DNA of 62,489 nt, the filler included, from Chiloscyllium plagiosum (Eukaryota), in NCBI RefSeq assembly GCF_004010195.1. It is 4 parts of one record of this genome, joined end to end, with 100 filler letters (N's around TTAATTAATTAA, not from the genome) between each part and the next. Parts side by side here need not be neighbours in the genome. Positions count along the whole stretch, not along the records: positions 1 to 18,779 come from NC_057713.1; 3 more parts are not named here. One strand, 5' to 3'. How positions within the stretch are numbered: the stretch's first letter is position 1; each line of letters opens with the position of its first letter. A program made the position numbers and the translations under genes. The notes beneath the pieces were generated by a model. The model was not told the DNA's origin. It did not search any database and worked only from the letters and a program-made list of their open reading frames with translations. Below are positions 1-13,099 of this stretch, in pieces.

Positions 1-1577
1 GCCATTACCCACGTAAACACTGACACCGCCATTACCCATGTAAACACTGACTCTGCCATTACCCACGTAAACACTGACACCGCCATTACTCACATAAACA
101 CTGTCACTGCCATTACCCACATAAACACAGACACCGCCATTATCCACGTACACACCGCTACTGCCATTACCCATGAAAACGCTGCCACCGCCATTACCCA
201 CATAAACACTGACACCGCCATTACCCAANNNNNNNNNNNNNNNACCCACGTAAACACTGTCACTGCCATTACCCACGTAAACACAGACAGCATTACCCAC
301 ATAAACACTGTCACTACCATTACCCACGTAAACACTGTCACTGCCATTACCCACGTAAACACAGGCAGCATTACCTACATAAACACTGACTTTGCCATTA
401 CCCACGTAAACACTGCCACTGCCATTACCCACGTAAACACTGTCACTGCCATTACCCACGTAAACACAGGCAGCATTACCCACATAAACACTGACACTGC
501 CGTTACCCATGTAAACACTGCCACCATTTCCTCCATAAACACTGCTACTGCCATTACCCAGGTAAACACTGCTAGTGCCTTTACCCACGTAAACACTGAT
601 GCCGCCATTACCCACGTAAACACTGCCCCTGTCATTACCCATGTAAACACTGACACTGCCATTACCCACACAAACACTGACACCGCCATTACCCACACAA
701 ACACTGACACCGCCATTACCCACATAAACACTGACACCGCCATTACCCACATAAACACTGACACCGCCATTACCCACATAAACACTGACACCGCCATTAC
801 CCACATAAACACTGACACTGCCATTACCCAGGTAAACGCTGCCACCGCCATTAGCCACGTAAACACTGTCACTGCCATTACCCACGTAAACACTGGCAGC
901 ATTACCCCCATAAACACTGACACTGCCATTACCCACGTAAACAATGACACCGCCATTACCCACATAAATACTGACAGTCCTTACCCGCGTAAACACAGAC
1001 ACCGCCATTACCCACATAAACACTGCCGTTGCCATTACCCACATAATCACTGACACCGCCATTACTCACGTAAATACTGTCACTGCCTATACCCACGTAA
1101 ACACTGTCAATGCCATTACCAACATGAACAGTGCCACCATTACCCATGTAAACTCTGCCATCGCCATTACCCACGTAAACACTGTCACTGTCATTACCAC
1201 CATAAACACTGACACTGCCATTACCCATGTAAACACTGCCACCATTACCCTCATAAACTCTGACACTGACATTACCCTTTAAACACTGCTACTGCCATTA
1301 CCCATGTAAACACTGTCAATGCCATTATCCACTTAAACACTGCCACCATTACCCTCATAAACACTGCCACTGCCATTACCCTTCTAAACACTGCCATTTC
1401 CTCCATAAACACTGCTACTGCCATTACTCACGTAAACACTGTCACTGCAATTACCCACGGAAACACTGACACCGCCATTACCCCCATAAACACTGTCACC
1501 GCCTTTACCCACGTAAACACTGCCACTGCCATTACCCACTTAAACACTGCCACCATCACCCATGTAAACACTGACAC
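1..1577. repeat. 27-bp minisatellite GCCATTACCCACGTAAACACTGACACC (roughly 60 copies, some 21/24-bp variants)
   Basis: Tandem array visible directly. It produces the WVMAVSVFx repeat ORFs. Contains a 15-N gap at 229-243 and runs off the window start. Confidence 0.97.
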
Positions 1578-1780
1578 CAGTCACTGAAAGTAAGCACGCA
1601 GGTGCAGCAGGCAATATAGAAGGCAAACTGTATGTCGGCCTTCATAGTGAGAGGTTTAAAGGACAGGATCAAGGATGTCATGCCACAGAGGGTATGTAGC
1701 AAAGGTTTACGAAATTGGTTCCTGGGATGTCAGGGCTGATGTATGAGGGGAGATTGATTCAGTTGGACTGATTTTTAATG
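1578..1780 (+). mobile_element. CR1 LINE ORF2 fragment
   Basis: cagtcactgaaagtaagcacgcaggtgcagcaggcaat..gccttcatagtgagagg resembles the CR1 post-RT region seen in other copies here (e.g. 4078-4160). Confidence 0.7.
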
Positions 1781-1794
1781 TGAATTTTTTTTTT

Positions 1795-2449
1795 GGTTTA
1801 AACTTTATTGTCATACGTACTCAAGTACAGAAGTACAGAGGTACAGAGACAAGTCTTCGATGCCACCACACGCAACACAATCTTAGGTAAAGTACCCAGG
1901 CACAAAAACTTAAGAACAAGGTAAAAAGAGAAAAGGAACAAAGTTAAAATTAACCTTTAGTATACAAAGAAGAATTAAAGTTAAAAGTTAAATTTTACAG
2001 TCCTTCTTGGTATTCAGTCTTTCCTAAGTGCTTAGTCAAGCTGGGACCACACTTCTGACAAGGCTCAATCTCCTCAGCTCTGGCATATTTTCTCTGCTCT
2101 CTCTGTCACTACAGATGTTGGGCTCGCTCCTGGGATCTCAAATGCCAATGCCCTGAACCAGGCGCTATCCACATTGGGCCTTGGCCTCACCTTCGGTCTG
2201 TGTGCTGATCCTTGGTCTTACCTTCAGTCCATGCACTGGGCATTAGGAACTGCCTGAAAGTCCTGGGTCAGGCCCTCAGCCACTGCCTCACACTGGACAT
2301 TGAGCTGACTGCCAAATTCAATGAACCTAAAACCATCCCCACCACTCTTCAGAAGGTAAGTTAGTAGAAGAGCTGAAACAAAAAGATTAAAACTTAAAAA
2401 AAGGGAAGAGCAGATGGAGTGGACGAACCTACTCCATCGCCATCTTGCA
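1795..2449 (-). mobile_element. Non-autonomous retroelement, possibly Rex/Babar-derived
   Basis: Minus strand starts CAAGATGGCG (YY1-type motif, 2438-2447) and ends ctgtacttgagtacgtatgacaataaa before an A-tract. No ORF. Confidence 0.45.
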
Positions 2450-2617
2450 GAATTTGTAGAAAGAAAAGTATTTGAATGGGGAGCATTAGGAATGTTAACA
2501 TATGCTTTAATTATTTCTCATGGAAGTTTTAAAATCTATGTCTCCAGTACTTCAGGTCTGTCCAAAATGGTTATGGTTGGAATAAGGTTGGATCTAGTCT
2601 TGATTATATGAATTATT

Positions 2618-2950
2618 TTATGAATTCATCCATGGGATGAGGCCATTGCTGACTAGACCTGCATTTAATGCTCCTCCCTAATTGCCCAGAGGCAATTAAG
2701 AGTCAATCATAATACTGTTGGTCTTGGGTCACATGTAGGCCAGACCAGGAAAAGGTGGCAGATTTCCTCCCTTGAAGGACACTCGCGAATCAGATTTTTT
2801 AAACAATTGAGTGTCCCCATGGTCACCAACAGACAAAGTTTTTCATTGAATGCATATTTCAAAATTAACCATGGTGTAATTCAAGCCAAACTCCTCAAAC
2901 AATTAGCCTGGAGTTCTAGATTATTGATCCACTGACATTCCTACTATGCC
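2618..2950 (-). mobile_element. tRNA-derived SINE (family B)
   Basis: Reverse-complement homolog of 3271-3605 (tggcctacatgtgac..gactcttaattgcctctgggcaattaggg). Confidence 0.75.
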
Positions 2951-3270
2951 AACATTTCCCCTTTGATAATCCATAAAGAGCTAAGTATCACCACCCTAAA
3001 AGGATGGTCATTTAGCAGGGAGTCTCACTTAATGAGTTACCAACCAGATGTAGTCAGTGCTCTCCAAGTGTTCAATATGCTCCATTTTATAGCTGTTAAA
3101 ATTAATCAGACGTACAATGAATCAATAACGTCTACCTCCATGTCTAGGTCTTCAAATTCATGCACCCAAAATCAAGACTCCTTGATGACAAGAAAGAGTA
3201 TCAGAACTTCAAGGCTCAAGTAAGAAAATCATCAGAAAATAAGTGTTTCAATCATAAGAAATAGATTATA

Positions 3271-3605
3271 AGAGGCAATGGCCTAGTGATATTATCACTT
3301 AACTATTAATTTGGAAACCCAAGGGATCTGGATTTGAATCCCACCATGGCAGACAGCAGCATTTGTTCCAATAAAAATCTGGATTTAAAAGTCGACTGGT
3401 GACCATAAAGCAATTGTCTGGAAAAAACAATCTGATTCTCTAATGCCCTTTTAGGGAAGCAAAGTGCCATCTTTTTCTGGAATGGCCTACATGTAACTCC
3501 AAACCCATAGAAATGTGGTTGACACTCGACTGCCTTTTGGGCAATTAAGGACTGGCAGTAAATGCTGGAATAGCTAGCAAACCCACATCCTGTGAATGAT
3601 TGTTT
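3271..3605 (+). mobile_element. tRNA-derived SINE (family B)
   Basis: A-box-like tggcctagtg, B-box-like ggatttgaatcc, body tggcctacatgtaactccaaaccc, LINE-like tail gcaattaagg..gtaaatgctgg..tgtgaatga. Confidence 0.8.
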
Positions 3606-3699
3606 AAAAATGCATCATGTTACCATGGACCGTATCACAGATGTGTGTTGCTTGATATAATTTCCAGCATACACTCTGCTATTTTTGGATAGAGCCTGA

Positions 3700-4705
3700 T
3701 TGGCATACAAGAAACAGTAGGAATAAACAGTTCTTTTTCTGCATGGGAGCCATTGACTAGTGGGGTACCACTGGAATTAGTGCTTTGATCCCAGTTTTTT
3801 GCAATAATAAGTTAGATGAGGAAACCAAATGTACTTTCTCCACTTTTGCAGATGACATAAAGCTGGGCAGGAGGGTGAGCTATGAGGAAGATACCAAGAT
3901 ACCAGTGTGATTTGGGCAAGTAGAGTAAGTGAAAAAATGCATAGCGGCTAAAGTATAATGTGATTAAATATGGAGGTTTTCTACTTTGACACCAAAAACA
4001 GGAAGACAGATTATTATCTGAAAAGTGAATAAATTGGAAAAGGGGGAGGTGCAATGAGACTCAGGAGTCTTTATACACCAGTCGCTAAAAGTAAGTGTGC
4101 AAGTGTAATAGGTGGTGAGTGGTATTTTGGCCTTCATACTGGGAGGATTTGAGTACAGGAACACAAATGTCTTGTTGCAATCGTATAGGGCCTGGGTGAG
4201 ACCACACTTGGAATATTGTGTGCAGTTTTAGCTTCATTATTTGAGCAGTGATTTTCAGATCACAGAGGGAATGCAATGAAGATTTACCAGACTGACTCCA
4301 AGCATGATGTGTGAAGAGAGATGGGATTAGTTAGAACTATATTCGCTCGCTTTTAGAAGAATGAGAGGAGATTTCATAGAAACCGAAAACAGGACTACAC
4401 AGGGTAAATGCAGGATGTTCCTGATGACTGGCGAGTCCAGAACTAGCAATTACAATCTAAGGATGTGGACTAGGCCATGTAGGACTGAGATGAGGAAAAA
4501 TTACTTCACTGAGTGTGTAGTGAGCCTGTGGAATTCCCCACCATAGAAAGTGGTTGAGGCCAAAATATTGAATCTATTCAAGAAAGAGATCTGTGTCATT
4601 CTTAGAGTTAAAGGTATCAAAGGGGACAGGGAGAAATTGGAAATAAGTTGCTAAATTGGATGATCAGATTGAATGGCAGAGCAGACTCAAACCCTACTCC
4701 TGCTC
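3700..4705 (+). mobile_element. Degenerate CR1 LINE (RT to 3' end)
   Basis: Relic TSGVP and FADD motifs (tttgcagatgac near 3846), plus the CR1 C-terminal VVSLWNS motif. Many stops. Confidence 0.85.
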
Positions 4706-5124
4706 TGAATTTAGTTTTTTACTTCTATGTTTATACACAGTCTTCCTCAATGCATCGTTGTTGTTTGCAAACACCTTCCCTCATGGTAAGGAGGAAGGCC
4801 TAATAAGAGCACTGCCAAACATCCTAAAAGCAAATGGCTGTTTTAATCTACAGAAGGCCAAGAGTTTCAACAACACAAAATGCCAACAGAGTGTTAGTGT
4901 GAATTCATTTTTAATAGAAAATTGATGGAAATAATTATAAATATACTTTGGAATGTAACACAGAAAATCAAATCCCAAGTATAATAAACAAACAGTAGTA
5001 GCATTTTCTAATCAAGGATAAAATATGAAATACTTAATGGTGATTTGTATGCAGTGCTGTGTGTGCCTATAAGGTAGCTCAACATAATCAGCAACATGTA
5101 AACATTCCAAAAGCTACAGGTGAA

Positions 5125-5455
5125 GCCAATATCTCACATCATTCAGACCAGGAAGATCCAGACTGAATTCCTGGTTTCTGCTGAATTAGCTGATCTTACG
5201 AAGGTGGCAGTGAGAAGATGACAGCTATCCTTGGCGATTTTAAACATGCCAGGAAAATACATTAGCCAAAATTTCTGCACCTAAAGGCTATTCGGTGACC
5301 TCACAAGATATTGCAGGTCATTGCAGTCAGGTTTGAAAATCCTCCTGGATGTAGAAATTAAAAGCGTCCATTGGGGAGAAGTGCCAAAAGACTGTTAGCA
5401 CTCAGGGAATTGTACTCTGCACAAGGTGAAATCTTCTGGAGAGAGGAAGGAAATT
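5125..5455 (+). mobile_element. Ancient SINE relic (AmnSINE2/LF-SINE-like)
   Basis: ctgctgaattagctgatct..ggcagt..attagccaaaatttctgcacc..ggagaggaagg resembles an old vertebrate SINE as I recall it. Highly diverged. Confidence 0.35.
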
Positions 5456-6984
5456 CTGAAAACTATTCCCTTAACAAGCAGACGGGTGAGTAGAGATTTG
5501 ATTTACCCAACAATATCATATTATCTATCCCAAATCCTCTGAGAACAGTAAAAAAAATGTTCAAGCAATGTTGAAAATATTAGAATCTCGTCCTGGATTA
5601 TCAACTGCTAATGGAATCATTTAAACTCAAGAGCTTCAATCCTCCTCATTACTATGATGCCATTTTATGGGTTCAACTTGACCCCCTTGAAGTAACCTGT
5701 GCAGAGATGCTTTGGGGGATAATATGAAATATAACTCATTAGTCACTGCCATTTGATAAAGTTGTGCTATTTCCCTGAGCTCATGTCCACAGGCAGTAGT
5801 TTGCCACATACACTGATACATTCTTTCTAATTGCACTCATAAATAACAATTACTATACAAAGGTCTCTACTGATCTCTTTAGTTAGCATTTCCTATATCC
5901 AAAACAGCACAGTCCACTTACAAATAATCTTACACTCATAATAATCCATTAGGGGAAAGGAGGCAGCTGTATGTGATTGAAATGTGATTAAAAACTGCAA
6001 CTTCATTAGCTGTAAAACATTTTCATTATTTCCTATGAACCTCTCTATGGATTCTTTTAGAACACAGGGGGAGTGAAATTATTTTACACAAGCAGTCTGG
6101 AATAAACTCAAGCTGAAGCAGCTGTCTGTCTTACATCACACCCAATTTTCACCAACATCAGAGAAAAAGAAAATTGGGTGCTGTTTCAACTTAGTGCCCA
6201 TTTGCTATGACTCTGTTTTGGTGTTATCATAGGTCAAATACAATCCAACTCTGTCTCATCAAAGTGAAAACTCTCCAAACCTGTTTCTCCAGAGACAAGG
6301 AAGGGAATCCAGGTCAATTGGAGTTACAAAGTTTAAAATTCTTTCTCTGACATGCACAGCCTTCAGACGTGGCGACACAGCAGCATCCCAAGTTTACTAG
6401 ATTTACACATATGCTGAGATACGAAATGACCACAAGGAAAACATCTATGAAGAACTTTGTTTGTCTGTAAGATGTACATCTTGCTTTCTAAGATTTTCAT
6501 TATCTTACAGCTTATATGTTTCTCAATACTGTCAGAAAGATAGGCTGAATGAAAGTAACTTTGAAAACTGGATCACTTCACGAGGTCCTGGTCTTTAGGA
6601 CTGCACATTAATTAAACAGAATCTGAATTTCTACTGGATCTACTGAAAACTAAGTGATTGATTGTCATAGTAGTTAGTCCATTACCATTGTATCATGCAA
6701 CTACCAGGATGGTAAAGGGAAACCAGACCAACATTAAAGCTTTCACTATTTATCCATTCCTACAAAGTAGAAACTGAAATGCCTTATCTAATGACAATCA
6801 GGAAAGATGTATCTTCCATTGATTCCAACAAGAAATCTCCAGATCACAGAATTTACTTTGGCAGTTGGATTACATTATCTGTGCAGCAAGTTACCTAAAC
6901 TGCTAAACTTATTTCTAACCCATCTTTCCAATCTTCCTTAATACAGCATCTGATTTGATGTTGACCATCACTAGCACAATGTAA

Positions 6985-7740
6985 CTATTACGTGAGTCAT
7001 GTTATCCCAGATCTATGGCAAACTGTATCTTAATGAAGGAATGGTTAAAAGTTAGAATGGAAATACAGCAAGTAATTAGGAAACCAAGTAGAATGTTATC
7101 ATTTATTGCATGGGGAATTCAATACACGCATATGGATGTTACACTTGAAATTGGGTGTGGATAGAACGACATCTGGAGTAGTGTGTACAGTAATGGTCTC
7201 CTTATTTAAGGAAGGATGTATATGAATTACAAACAATTGAGTGAAGGTTTACTAAACTAATACTGGCATGGGCATGTTATCTAATGAGGAACCATCGGAC
7301 AGGACATAATTGTTAGATTTCAGAAGAGCAAAAAGCAACTTAATTGTAACAATAAGGTCTGGAGGGGTCTTCAAAGCTTGAGAGTGGAAAGATTGTTTTC
7401 TCTGGAAGAAAATCTAGAACTAAAGGCCATTCTTTAAGAAGAAGGGATCATCCATTAAAAACAGTGAGGAGGGCCGGTTTTCTCACAAAGGGTCATGAGA
7501 TTATGGAACACTCTTCCTCAAAAGGCAGTGGAAGCAGGGTGTTTGAACATATTTAAGGTAGAGGTGGATAGCTTCCTGAGAAGCTACAGGGTGAAAAGTT
7601 ATCTGGAGTAGTCAGGTGCATAGAATAAACAGATGAGCCATGATTAGATTACATTACTTACAGTGTGGAAACAGGCTTCTTATGTAATAGTGGAGTAGGC
7701 TCAAGGGTCCTCCACCTGCTGCTAATTTGCATATCCAATA
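6985..7740 (+). mobile_element. Degenerate CR1 LINE 3' portion
   Basis: tggtctccttatttaaggaaggatgta, tctagaactaaaggccat and ttatggaacactcttcctcaaaaggcagtggaagc are CR1 3' motifs. Confidence 0.8.
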
Positions 7741-9181
7741 AGAAAAGCATAATTTAAAAAAATAAACTGGGCTGTTGTCAAAACCTAGCATATGGCGTGT
7801 GAGGGATTAAAGGCGAATCTTTTAATTTGGCCGATTAAGCTGACTTCCATGCCCATGTATTGTGAGGCTGGCCATCCCCATATTAAAATGTTCAACTTAA
7901 TTCTTAAAACTCCTTCATCAAAACTAAGCCTCCTGTCTTAGCACTCGATAAAGCTCTAAGTGATGCTCAGTCAATGATACAATTTTAACGTTATTATATA
8001 ATGTGTTATATCATTATATTACTCATTTCAGTGTTTTCAAATAACACAAGTTACATATGTGGAAAAGCCAATTTTTAAATGAATTTACCAATAACTCAAA
8101 TTGTGATGTTTCAAGCTAAAGTGTGGAACCTCTCTTGAATGATAATCAAGACACAAATTTCCACCCTAAAACCATAGGGTAGAACTTCCATTTGTTGAAT
8201 CTCTCACAATATGCTTAAAGTACAGGGCTAGTCCTGTAATTGCATATTCTTTTTGCAATCAACATCTTACTCCTGATTGTCTCAGCTGTACCCACTGTCA
8301 GCATTGGATTGTGGAATTAGTTTACACTTTTGTGGGTGTATTATTTGTACATAGAAGTTAAGCAATTTGTTTTATTATTATAAAAATGGTCGTACCAACT
8401 CCATTTCGGGAAGCAGCAAATCATCAAGCAGCATTAATTAGTCATGGACCATTAGTGCCATTCGATTAAATACAAAGGATCTGATATTTCAGAAAAGCTT
8501 CATAATATTTTCATGTCATATTTAGATAGGAGTGAGAATGATAAATTTAGACCACAGATTTAAGGCTCCATTATCTTGGATTATTTGGAATGCACGTGCC
8601 ATGATCTTTTGGAACTGCATCAATGTGACCAGTTCCTATTTATGTAACCAGAATAAGAAAAAACCATCAGGACCATAGCTCCTTACCTCTATCATTCTCA
8701 TTTACTAATTCTCCCTTCCCCATAACATGCAGTAGAGACAAAATATATTGTCAATCATGCACAGATTGGGCAGCATTTAAAATGTGGCACATTGTTCCTG
8801 AACAGCATTTCCACTCTCTTGCTTGTTTCCATTTCAAATTAAAATTTAAAGTGCCAGTGTGTATGTGGGAGACAGATATGATCCCACGATGGCAGAAGTC
8901 TCTCATTGTCAATAATACTGCAGTGATTGGTGGGCTATAAAAGTATCTGCAGATCAAACAGGGAGGCTCTGCACCATGGTCAAAACTTTAACCTTCCTGT
9001 GTTCATTGATAGTATTTTGTCACTTTCTACACCCTCTCAAAGCCCTCAGCATCTCCCTCAAACTTCTCCCCGTTCATTAATCCCTCCCTTCACTCATGTT
9101 TCTTGTACTTACACATCCACCTCGTAGTCAATCCCCTCTAACTCAACAACTGAGGTGCCAAGGTGTCACCAGAGAGCAGTC

Positions 9182-9391
9182 CCATTCAGCAATGTCAAAC
9201 TGCAGCTTTCCTCATTTGCTGTCTTAGAAACAAGGGAAATGTTCTTTGTTTCAGGCAGCATCAGCAAACCTTTACACCTAACCATGGTGGCTTGTCTGAG
9301 ATGGCAAAGGTAATGAAGACTCAAGGGATCCGAACAAAACCTGGGTTCAGTAGAGGAAACCACTCAACAATCTCTATCTATTGGCCAGGGT
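9182..9391 (+). pseudogene. Harbinger Myb/SANT-like DNA-binding ORF relic
   Basis: With frameshifts reads PFSNVKLQL..AVLETREMFF...EMAKVMKTQGIRTK/TWVQ*RKPLNNL, then a GTAAG donor. Matches the F-S-x-x-E-L..W-x-E-I-A..R-T-W-x-Q-C-R-K-x-x-N-D-L pattern of Harbinger Myb/SANT proteins. Confidence 0.65.
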
Positions 9392-10779
9392 AAGTGCCAA
9401 TGTTATAGTGTTGAGGTTTCGCAGCAGGCAATCAAAAATGGGTGTGTGATCAGCCCAGTCAGATGCAATTGAGGCCAAGGTATATCCAAGTTTGGTTTTT
9501 CAGTGCATGCCCACAGAATGTGGGACTTTCAGGCCAAGACATAATGGGTCTGCAGACAGACAAGGAGTTTTGTGTCACTTGACAGGTCGCTGACTCTGCA
9601 CTTTGTCATGAAAGTCCACAGTGGCAGGGAGAAATCAAAGCTATGATAGGGATGGCAATTCTGTGGTTCTTCACCCCTGAGGTGGAACAGGCGATGAAGA
9701 TTGTAGGAGCGGGGGACACAATCCATTGCAGGTGGTGAGGCTAGATCCACCAGACATACAGAATAAGAAGCATCATCCTGCTGCTGGCATATGAATACAA
9801 TGTGATAAAATATGAAGCATTCAAACTGTGATGATGTTTAACGTGGCTCCTTTTTTTCTGCTCTATGGGGCATTTCCATGAAAGGTCAGGTCAGAATGTC
9901 CAGGCCAACATACCATACCTGCTCCAGGAACTCTACTTCTGGTGAAGATGAAAGCAATCTTCCAGAGGATGCACCATTACACGCTTCATGAGTTTCCAAG
10001 AGCTCAAGTTCCACCTCAGGTTGGTGACCATTGTGCAAACAGGTCCCAACAGTTGTGACAGCCAAATTCCCTGACATTTGAAAGACCTCGGGAAGCCAGG
10101 TCAATGTTGAGCCTCACACTGACAGTGACCTGGTGATCACAACTAAAGGAAGCCTTCTGGAGATGTAGCAAACAATACGGGGAAAACCTGGCAGTCATTA
10201 TGCATAGTTTTCTGTAGAGGATAGAGGAGAAGGTCCAACCTATGAGTTCTTAATGTCCCAGGTATGAGAGTGCATGGCTTCCTCCATGCAGACAGCGGAG
10301 ACCACTATGAACAGCCAGCTTGATCAATCAACTCACATCCCTGTGGATCTGCATTCCATCACTCCAACCATGGTCCACCATGGCAGTGGCTAAACTCGAG
10401 ACGGTCATAGTACCTGGACATCCTCCCCAGAGCCCCATTCTCTCAGGAGTGAATGGTAGCTGACCCGGGTCATACTCCCAGATCTCCCTAAGAGTTAGTG
10501 ATATCTTCTCAACCCTTCACCATTGATCCCAGCAGGTCTAGCCAGTAAGACTAAGAGTGGTGTCCCTGTCCCTACACCAGTGCAGAAGACCTCCAATAGA
10601 CTGGAGTTCTCAAAACATGCCTCTCACACCTCCAAAGGATGCGTTCCACATGCATCACCGCAGTGAGCAGAAAGCCTCTACTTCAGCTACTAATCTTGAG
10701 ATTATAACTACTCCTTGGGAAACGAGCACAGACATGACAGATTCTTCACCTACACAGCCCTGCATTGTACAACAGTTCC

Positions 10780-11130
10780 ATGTTCAGAGAGTAAAAGTTT
10801 TTTTTTGTTCAAATGCTGTTTCAAGGAGTTCTAATGGCCAGAGGAATGCAGTTGATGATTGGCATGATAGAAAAGAGCTGCAGTATGCCCATAAGTTGCC
10901 AGTTGCACCCTGGAATCCATTACTGGCAAAGAAATTCAGTGTTGCTAGCACTTTGAGAGCAAATACCATGGTGTTGCCAAGGAATCCATATGGCTATACG
11001 TTTTGCTGAACTATTCCATTGATATTGATGACCATTTTCTAAGGCATTTCATTTGGCATTGCCTGTCTGACATCTGCAGGTCATTATACCTTGTCCTGAA
11101 GATGGGGTGATACGCCAGTGCCTATTTTAA
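10780..11130 (-). pseudogene. PIF/Harbinger transposase (HARBI1-like) relic
   Basis: ORF 10784-10969 (VFALKVLATLNFFASNGFQGATGNL) matches the HARBI1-type ALNFxAxGSFQxxxGDL motif. Confidence 0.75.
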
Positions 11131-12734
11131 ATGAAGTCTTTGATGGATGGCTGCTTCCTGCTGTCACTGTGAGCTCAGTTGTTGATGATAAGAACTCACC
11201 TTTGTTACAATATTTCCTCTGCGTCTGAGGTTAAATGATTATTGGGTAAATGAGACCCATGTATATTACAGTGATTGCACTGTGCTCGGAGGGCAGACAG
11301 TGAGGTGAGAACATGTTTATCCTCCAGTTCTCATCCGCAGAACTAATGTGCACTGAATGTCTTAAATCTTCATGTTGTGCCACACCGAGAACACCATTCA
11401 AACACTGGTATCCTTCCAAGATCTGCAATCTTGGCATTCCTGCATGGACTTGAAGTGACCCTGAAAAGATGGCACCTGATTCTCTAGCTTCCAATGCTTT
11501 TTGTCATCTTCACAATTTCCCCTATCACCCTTGACCCACCTGACATAACTTTGCAATATCTCTCTGTAACCTCTGAACAAGTTCTCTGTTGCTGTGGACC
11601 CTATCACTAATGACATGACCACACCATTTCTCACCCTTCATGCTTGCACTCATTGTTGAGTTGACCATTTAAACCATAAACCCTCTCATTATCATCCTTA
11701 CTGTATTCATTCATTCCCAACCATGACACTGAACCTGTTCACTTTCCAAATTCAACTGCCTCATGACTGTGACTATTCCCTTCATCATCCAACACCTTCA
11801 ATTTGATTTACAGGATTCCAATGTTCACTACTCCAACCTTGCCCTTTTGTACTCATTCACCTCACTCGTCTGAGTGTAACCAATCCACCCTGACCAGTAT
11901 GAACCAACCCTGAAGCTAGGCCCTTCCCTTCTCCTATCTCCATGTACCCTAGCCCTTACCTTTCAACACTCCTCACCCCAAATGTGTTCTTGCTGGGTCT
12001 GATCCTGGTGTAACATATCCACGGCACAGTAGCCCCTTCCTGTATCAGTGTTCAAGAAAAAAATATCAACCTCAGGCACAGCTGCACAAAGCCAAATAAT
12101 GAAGCACCTTTTAAATAATTGTGAACCAGGAACCACGAGACTCTTGACATGATCTTGGGGGGAGGATATAATTTTAAAACATTTCAACATAATGAATATT
12201 CATTGGCTACTAATGCATTACTAATGGCAAACCCTCACAGGTCAGTATGAGACCTGTCCTGAGAAAAACACATCACTGACCTTATCTCTGCATCTCAACC
12301 CACCAGCAGGAAATCAAACTTTTGGCTCCCACTGAATTGAATCACCTCATTCACCTTAATTCCCCTTTCCTGCATCTTCCAGAAAATCCCAAATTTGGTT
12401 CTCCTCAAGAAAATTCAACTTCCAAACCTGTGCCTAATCTCAGCTGCTGTGCTGCACCTTTCAATTTCCCATAATGTGTCCAGGTCTTTACTATCAGTAA
12501 AAATACTGAAACACTGAACAAATGTGTGAGCAGCACGATCTGTTACCATTCATAGATCCCATCTCATCTTCCTGTGCAGCTTCACAAGCAAAATACTGAT
12601 CCTGCAGCTGTCCCCTCATTGCTGTTATAGAAAATGATTGTTGCAACATTACTGACATATGAGCAGTTCGAAGGAATGTTGTCTGCAGTTTTACATTCGG
12701 TCAATCTATTACCATCGATTTCACTCCAAAAGGA

Positions 12735-13085
12735 CATAAGAAAAAGGAGCAGGAGTAGACCATCTGGCCTCTCAAGCCTGCTCTACTATCCAATAAAATC
12801 ATGGCTGCTCATATTCGTGGAGTCAGCTCCACTTACCCGCCTGCTCACCGTAACCCTTAATTCCTTTATTGTTCAAAAATCTATCATCTTAAAAACATTC
12901 AATGAGGGAGCCTCAACTGCTTCACTGGGCAGGGAATTCCACAGATTCACAACACTTGAGGTGAAGAAGTTCCTCCTCAGCTCAGTCATAAATCTGCTCC
13001 CCTTTATTTTGAGATTATGCCACCTAGTTCCGGTTTTACCCACCAGCAGAAACAACCTCCCTGCTTCTATCTTTCCAGAACCATT
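12735..13085 (-). mobile_element. CR1 LINE 3' fragment
   Basis: ORF 12873-13094 contains RNFFTSSVVNLWNSLP, the CR1 C-terminus. Confidence 0.85.
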
Positions 13086-13099
13086 CTGATGCATTCAAT

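Noticed and set aside
90..1272. Long hydrophobic repeat ORFs (WVMAVSVFM)n
   Set aside because: They are translations of a 27-bp minisatellite with no gene features.
1..1577. Regular repeats as a CRISPR-like array
   Set aside because: Contiguous tandem units with no unique spacers, eukaryotic context, and no cas genes.
5588..5606. tcctggatta, a partial match to the miR-26 reverse complement (miR-26a lies in CTDSPL, the mammalian neighbour of ITGA9)
   Set aside because: Only about 10 nt match, the seed region does not match, and there is no precursor hairpin.
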